Below the pieces are notes generated by a model, which was not told where the DNA came from, made no database searches, and saw nothing but the letters and a program-made list of their open reading frames with translations. A DNA stretch of 64,000 bases, taken from IMG/VR virus record IMGVR_UViG_3300010352_001543; one strand, 5' to 3'. Each line of letters begins with the position of its first letter. The stretch's first letter is position 1. The position numbers and the translations under genes are program-made. Shown here piece after piece: positions 59,321-64,000 of this stretch. The stretch comes from a virus (lineage: Duplodnaviria > Caudoviricetes).

Positions 59321-59609
59321 TTGTTAAATCTCCCAAATCTTCTAAATCTTTTGTTATTCCATTGGCCATGCTATTAAACATATTATATGTTATTTTGTAG
59401 GTAACGCCGGAGTTAAATATCATCCAGTATCCTGAACTTTCTATAGTATCTTCACTATCAATATAGCCAAGAAATGCTATTTCATTAACATTAAAAAATG
59501 TTCTAAAATCGTTTATCTTTGATGTAGCTTGTTTATTTTGTTTATCCAACTCCATATCATCAAGCATTTTAAGTAATCGCTCTTGTTCCTCTAAAGTAAT
59601 TTCTTCCAT
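59310..59609 (-). CDS. hypothetical protein
   Basis: 99 aa ORF. Confidence 0.6.
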   Translation of the reverse strand: MEEITLEEQERLLKMLDDMELDKQNKQATSKINDFRTFFNVNEIAFLGYIDSEDTIESSGYWMIFNSGVTYKITYNMFNSMANGITKDLEDLGDLTSVS

Positions 59610-59612
59610 ATT

Positions 59613-60119
59613 TTAAATCTCTTTATCTTCTACTTTTAACCAATTTTTTCTGTATTTTACATCAGATCCGAAAACTACATCTAAATACTTATCTGATTTT
59701 TTATTTGTTTTAATTTTAACCAGGTTCATATCTTTAAAAATAAATTTCCAGTCCTCTTTGTCCATTGAACCAACACCTTTTAAATATCTTAGATTCTTTT
59801 TGGTTTTATACTCATTATTATCTAAATTATATTCATAGTGTCTTTCTTTATTTTCATCATATGAAATCAACGGCATTATCAATTTATATAATTTGTTTTT
59901 CTTTAACACATCAGGGAACCAACGGGCGAACAGATTCATTAATAAGGCGGTTATGTGGTTACCGTCACAGTTATGAGAAAGTAAATAACAATTATTAATC
60001 TTAATAAAAAAATTATTAATTTCATCCACCTCTATATCATATAATTCAGTTTTTTGTTTAATTTTTTTTATTGATTGAGGCTTCATCAATATAAAATCTT
60101 CTATTCTTAAAATTTCCAT
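59613..60119 (-). CDS. C-intein (aa 1-50) plus topoisomerase II large-subunit C-terminal part (gp60-like)
   Basis: YDIEV...FF...LLSHN|CDGNHI..LL..LF; RYLKG.GS. Confidence 0.92.
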   Translation of the reverse strand: MEILRIEDFILMKPQSIKKIKQKTELYDIEVDEINNFFIKINNCYLLSHNCDGNHITALLMNLFARWFPDVLKKNKLYKLIMPLISYDENKERHYEYNLDNNEYKTKKNLRYLKGVGSMDKEDWKFIFKDMNLVKIKTNKKSDKYLDVVFGSDVKYRKNWLKVEDKEI

Positions 60120-61208
60120 TTAATTTAATTCCATTATAGTGTTATTATCAGTTATCTGATACAAAGCATCTAATAAATTAGTCTCTGTTAGTTTATATGA
60201 ATCCCAAATGATTAAAATAGATACCGGGTTCATTTTTTCTTTAATTTTTTCTAATCGGTTTTTGTCTTTTTTCCATATCTGTTCATATGTCATTTTTGTT
60301 TGTTTCAATATTTCTGTTCCTTGATATATTGCTGGATTTCCATGCCAATAATCTCCATAATATTCTATTATAACATTTAAATTTGGTAAATAATAATCTA
60401 CGAAATAATTTCTTTTTTCCATTTCTACCATATATTCCATGACATATTCAAAATTGAGATTATCTAAGATGTCTTTGATTTTAAAACTTATTTTCGAAGG
60501 TCCACTTTGATACTTCCAACTTCGTTTAGAAGCTTGTATTTTTTTCCATCTCTTGGTTCCTTTTATTTCACCAAATCTCTCAATATTTCCGTTTAAACTA
60601 CTCGAATATATTAAAGCGTTAGTCTTATGCTCCCATTTTTTGGTTCCTTCTATAATACCAAACTTATCTATATAATATTGTTTAGTTGAACTATAAGCAA
60701 TTTTATTATTTCTTTCCTTATATTTCTCTGTTCCTTTTGATTCACCATAACGTTCTATAAAACCTTTTAAATCACATCTTGAAGTATTTTCTCTAACTCC
60801 TCTGGAACGGATAAATTTTTGTTCTTTTATCGAAATCTTTTTTAATTTTGCTCCATATTCCATTATACAAGAAATTCTATCGAATTTTATTCCTTTGTTA
60901 TAAGGAACTCCCAAATATTCTAAACTTCTTTTATTCAAACATTCTATATCATTACAACTATATACTTCATATGACCTATAGAATGTTTTTTCTGAATAAT
61001 CTACTGTTAGATTAGGGATAGCATCTCTGTTACAAAAAGCACAATTTTCTATTTTAAATTCTGGTTTAATATTTATGAATTCTTTGTCGTAATCTGAAAA
61101 ATATTCATATAATGTTAAATTATGTACTCTTTTAATATGGGAACCTACATAGCTATTATTTGCTGATACTTCTTTGCCACATATTTTACATTTATATTTT
61201 TCCGTCAT
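60120..61208 (-). CDS. free-standing Vsr-like homing endonuclease
   Basis: CKICG Zn finger; (K/R)(Y/F)G..EG repeats; VDYY...IIEYYGDYWHGNP...D..R. Confidence 0.85.
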   Translation of the reverse strand: MTEKYKCKICGKEVSANNSYVGSHIKRVHNLTLYEYFSDYDKEFINIKPEFKIENCAFCNRDAIPNLTVDYSEKTFYRSYEVYSCNDIECLNKRSLEYLGVPYNKGIKFDRISCIMEYGAKLKKISIKEQKFIRSRGVRENTSRCDLKGFIERYGESKGTEKYKERNNKIAYSSTKQYYIDKFGIIEGTKKWEHKTNALIYSSSLNGNIERFGEIKGTKRWKKIQASKRSWKYQSGPSKISFKIKDILDNLNFEYVMEYMVEMEKRNYFVDYYLPNLNVIIEYYGDYWHGNPAIYQGTEILKQTKMTYEQIWKKDKNRLEKIKEKMNPVSILIIWDSYKLTETNLLDALYQITDNNTIMELN

Positions 61209-61262
61209 ATATGATTTCCGTAATTTTTATTAATATTATATATATTAACACGGATATCATAT
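61209..61262 (-). promoter_or_regulatory. RBS-sequestering hairpin with AATATATA motif in its loop
   Basis: ATATGATATCCGT/ACGGAAATCATAT abuts the ATG. Confidence 0.75.
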
Positions 61263-61264
61263 TT

Positions 61265-63094
61265 TTACTTTTTTATTAAAAAACAATCAGTTTTTTTTAT
61301 ATTTTTTGCTTTTTCTTGAATAACTTCATTGTCTCTATAGATATAAAAAATATGATTTTCTGAACATCTAATAACCTCACCATTTACAATAAATTCAAAT
61401 ATTCTGTCTTTGGTCGTTTTTATAATTTGATTAATTTTATGAAAATTATTATCCGAACCTAATACCATATCATCATAAGTAACATCTTTTAAATGTTTAT
61501 CTCCAGAATCAGTTTTAATTAAAGTCATACCGTCTAAACAATCCATATCACTTGTTATAACTACTTTATCATAAGTACAAGTTTTACCACCATCCTCTAC
61601 ATTCAAGTTTAAAATATTCATTAAATCTATTATTTCTTGATTGTTAGATAAGTCAGACAAATGCCTGGCGTTTTTGATTTTCCCTTTCAATGCGTAAATT
61701 GAATGATTAACTGGGTCTCGTTGGGAAGAAATCGCTGCCTTAGATGAGCCACCCTCAGTTATAAAGAGAATTGATTTGTTTTTCGAAGGAATAAATTTAT
61801 CAGAAAAAATAAGTTGTTTATTTTTCTTTTTATTCCTTTTAATCTTCTTTAAGTCTTCCGAATAATTTTTATTTTCTATAGCTATTATTATATTTTCATA
61901 TAAATCAGATTTTATGAAATCTTTACAGACATGTTCCTTCGGTTTAAACGGCATTAACTCTTCCATCATTGCTCTTGAAACAATAAACCTGTTTTTGTTT
62001 TGTTCTTGAAACTGAACATGCTTTGGTGGAAGATTAATGATTATAGCAGTCTCATAAAATTCAGAAGCTGTTTTTGAACTAAATAGTCTTTCATTTATTT
62101 TTTCTTGATAGAAGGTTTGATGAAATCCACCACATAATGAACCATTAACAAACGATATAGAGGTTGTCTTATCTTTTATGGCTTCCCAAATATAAAGCTC
62201 TGTATATTTGTTAAGTTTAAAATGAAATGAATTTGAAGGTAGTAAAGGAATATTTAAATCCAAAACTTCTTTATCCCAAATCAATTCGAATTCAACCGTC
62301 CGGAGGTTATCATCGTTCAGCTTAGAAAAATTTCTGAAAAGGCATTTAGTAAAAACAAATTCTTTATCAAATTTAATATTTTTAAAAGATTTCTTCCGGG
62401 CAATATATGTTATAGTTGTGCCCTTAGTAGTTTTTGATTTTTCGTATGTTTTGCCTTCAGTAACGAAATCCAACCACTGCTGTTCATAAATGTATCCAGA
62501 ATTGGTTGTCTCTACTTCAAATAAATCAGAAAGCATATTGACCGCTGAAAGTCCAACACCATTCGTTCCGATCACAGTGACATCAGATTTATCATTCTGA
62601 AAATTTGATCCTGCTCTAAGTAACGAAACTGCCGTTTCTACATTGGTCAACCCGGAGGTTATATTAATTTCATTTGGATTCATAAATCCACGACCATCGT
62701 CACTAACAATCACCTTATTAGTGTTAGAATTTATATTAACCGAAATCTTTTTAAATTCATATCCTTCTTTCTTACAGCGAAGTGCTTCATCAAATGCATT
62801 GTCGATAACTTCATCCAATAATCGATAAAATCCATCTGAATAGTTAATTTCTTTCTTTACTAAAAGACCATCTTCGAAAATTGGTACTGTTTTAGTTATC
62901 ATTTCAGTGGTACCAACATACATTGCCGGTCTAAGTAAAATATGTTCTCTTTCCGATAAATGAATCACTTCACGATTCACCAAATCATTGTTTTTTTCTT
63001 TTTTCAAATCATGTTTCCTGTAAATTATATCTTTTATACAACAATGGCCGATGAAATTAAAATTCGTTTCATCGACCATCTTAAAATAATTCAA
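61265..63094 (-). CDS. gp39: topoisomerase II large subunit (gp39/GyrB-like) plus N-intein (last 91 aa)
   Basis: EHIL.RP.MY.G, E.IDN..DE, DDGRG, G.NGVG, TEGGS, LKGK, SDMD|CLDG. Confidence 0.93.
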   Translation of the reverse strand: MNYFKMVDETNFNFIGHCCIKDIIYRKHDLKKEKNNDLVNREVIHLSEREHILLRPAMYVGTTEMITKTVPIFEDGLLVKKEINYSDGFYRLLDEVIDNAFDEALRCKKEGYEFKKISVNINSNTNKVIVSDDGRGFMNPNEINITSGLTNVETAVSLLRAGSNFQNDKSDVTVIGTNGVGLSAVNMLSDLFEVETTNSGYIYEQQWLDFVTEGKTYEKSKTTKGTTITYIARKKSFKNIKFDKEFVFTKCLFRNFSKLNDDNLRTVEFELIWDKEVLDLNIPLLPSNSFHFKLNKYTELYIWEAIKDKTTSISFVNGSLCGGFHQTFYQEKINERLFSSKTASEFYETAIIINLPPKHVQFQEQNKNRFIVSRAMMEELMPFKPKEHVCKDFIKSDLYENIIIAIENKNYSEDLKKIKRNKKKNKQLIFSDKFIPSKNKSILFITEGGSSKAAISSQRDPVNHSIYALKGKIKNARHLSDLSNNQEIIDLMNILNLNVEDGGKTCTYDKVVITSDMDCLDGMTLIKTDSGDKHLKDVTYDDMVLGSDNNFHKINQIIKTTKDRIFEFIVNGEVIRCSENHIFYIYRDNEVIQEKAKNIKKTDCFLIKK

Positions 63095-63109
63095 AAATAA
63101 GCTGCTAAA

Positions 63110-63388
63110 TTACCATTTTTCTAAAGGGCAACTTTCAAATTCAAATTTTGTTTTTTGTAGAAGGTTACACCCACAACCGCCTTTTTCCACATCACATACT
63201 GGTTTGTTCCAGAAGATTAAAAAACTGGATGTTGATTTAGTATCACATTTATTACATATTTCTAATCTTCTTTCAGCTTCTTGGTCAGTTGAATAAATTT
63301 CATCTTTGTAATTAAAAATTTTAATAAATAATCTTCTTAAAAATTTAAAAAAATTAGCAATTCTTTTTATGTTTTGTTTTAAATTCAT
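63110..63388 (-). CDS. small Cys-rich protein
   Basis: RLEIC..C...C....CGC....K......CPL.KW. Confidence 0.7.
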   Translation of the reverse strand: MNLKQNIKRIANFFKFLRRLFIKIFNYKDEIYSTDQEAERRLEICNKCDTKSTSSFLIFWNKPVCDVEKGGCGCNLLQKTKFEFESCPLEKW

Positions 63389-63397
63389 TGTTATATT

Positions 63398-63745
63398 TTA
63401 TTTTCTGATTTCATGCACTCTATGAGTACGAGTACTGAATTGTTTTTTATAAATAAGTAAAGTTTCTTCTATCGTTCGTTTTTCTTTGAAACATTCAATA
63501 ATCAAATCATAATATTTTTGATTAAATTTATTGTCTATATATGTCTCATATTCAGTGAAAGATATCCCATATTCCTGTAAAAACTTAACTTTAAATTGTT
63601 CAAAATAGGGAGCAAAATCATCAGTGAATTGCTCCATAGTTTTTCTTTCATATAAATTCATATCACGAGCTGATCCTTCTTTACCATCAGCAATACTATT
63701 CTTTTTATCGACTGTTAGCCCACCGAAATTAAACATTCTTTTCAT
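63398..63745 (-). CDS. hypothetical protein
   Basis: 115 aa ORF. Confidence 0.6.
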   Translation of the reverse strand: MKRMFNFGGLTVDKKNSIADGKEGSARDMNLYERKTMEQFTDDFAPYFEQFKVKFLQEYGISFTEYETYIDNKFNQKYYDLIIECFKEKRTIEETLLIYKKQFSTRTHRVHEIRK

Positions 63746-63753
63746 TTGATATG

Positions 63754-64000
63754 TTACTCCAATCCAGTTGATCCGAAACCACCTGAACCTCTTGCAGTTT
63801 CTATCAGTCGATCTACTTCTATGAATTTTATTTTTTCGATTTTTTGTAGGACCATCTGAGCAATTTTAGATTGCGGCTTCACTATAAATGGCTTCTTAGA
63901 AACATTACAAAGAATAACTCCTACTTCTCCGCGATAGTCAAAATCGCATGTTCCAGGCGCATTCAAAACAATTACTCCGTTATGTAATGCTAATCCTGAT
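63754..64000 (-). CDS. dut: dUTPase, 5' part outside window
   Basis: SGLAL..G..VLNAPGT.D.DYRGE.GV, IAQ.V, RG.GGFGSTG. Confidence 0.95.
   Translation of the reverse strand, partial: SGLALHNGVIVLNAPGTCDFDYRGEVGVILCNVSKKPFIVKPQSKIAQMVLQKIEKIKFIEVDRLIETARGSGGFGSTGLE

Overview
AT-rich segment of a large T4-like (myovirus/jumbo) phage genome, almost entirely encoded on the minus strand. The host is probably in the Bacteroidota/Ignavibacteriota (FCB) group, judged from a T9SS-sorted protein and an Hc1-like protein. Positions 1-25 kb are accessory: small ORFs, two tnpB elements, an ECF sigma factor with at least 9 matching promoters (ACAAT-N16-CGT), many small proteins with T4-type capsid-targeting N-termini, and an array of 22 tRNAs behind a leader-peptide attenuator. 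Next to the array lie a tRNA-Leu split by an endonuclease gene, an odd tRNA-like RNA, a solitary Cas12a-type repeat and an unassigned structured RNA. Positions 26-64 kb are core: baseplate/tail genes, UvsW, primase, SSB, RuvC-like resolvase, gp55, gp15, gp46/47, gp41, UvsX, the C-terminal half of DNA polymerase B, a clamp, type II topoisomerase and dUTPase. The best-supported unusual item is the topoisomerase large subunit, fractured inside its TOPRIM motif by a naturally split intein with a hairpin-regulated endonuclease gene between the halves. Also notable is a tnpB whose predicted guide is a diverged allele of the neighbouring gene. All assignments come from manual motif recognition; no database searches or folding programs were run.
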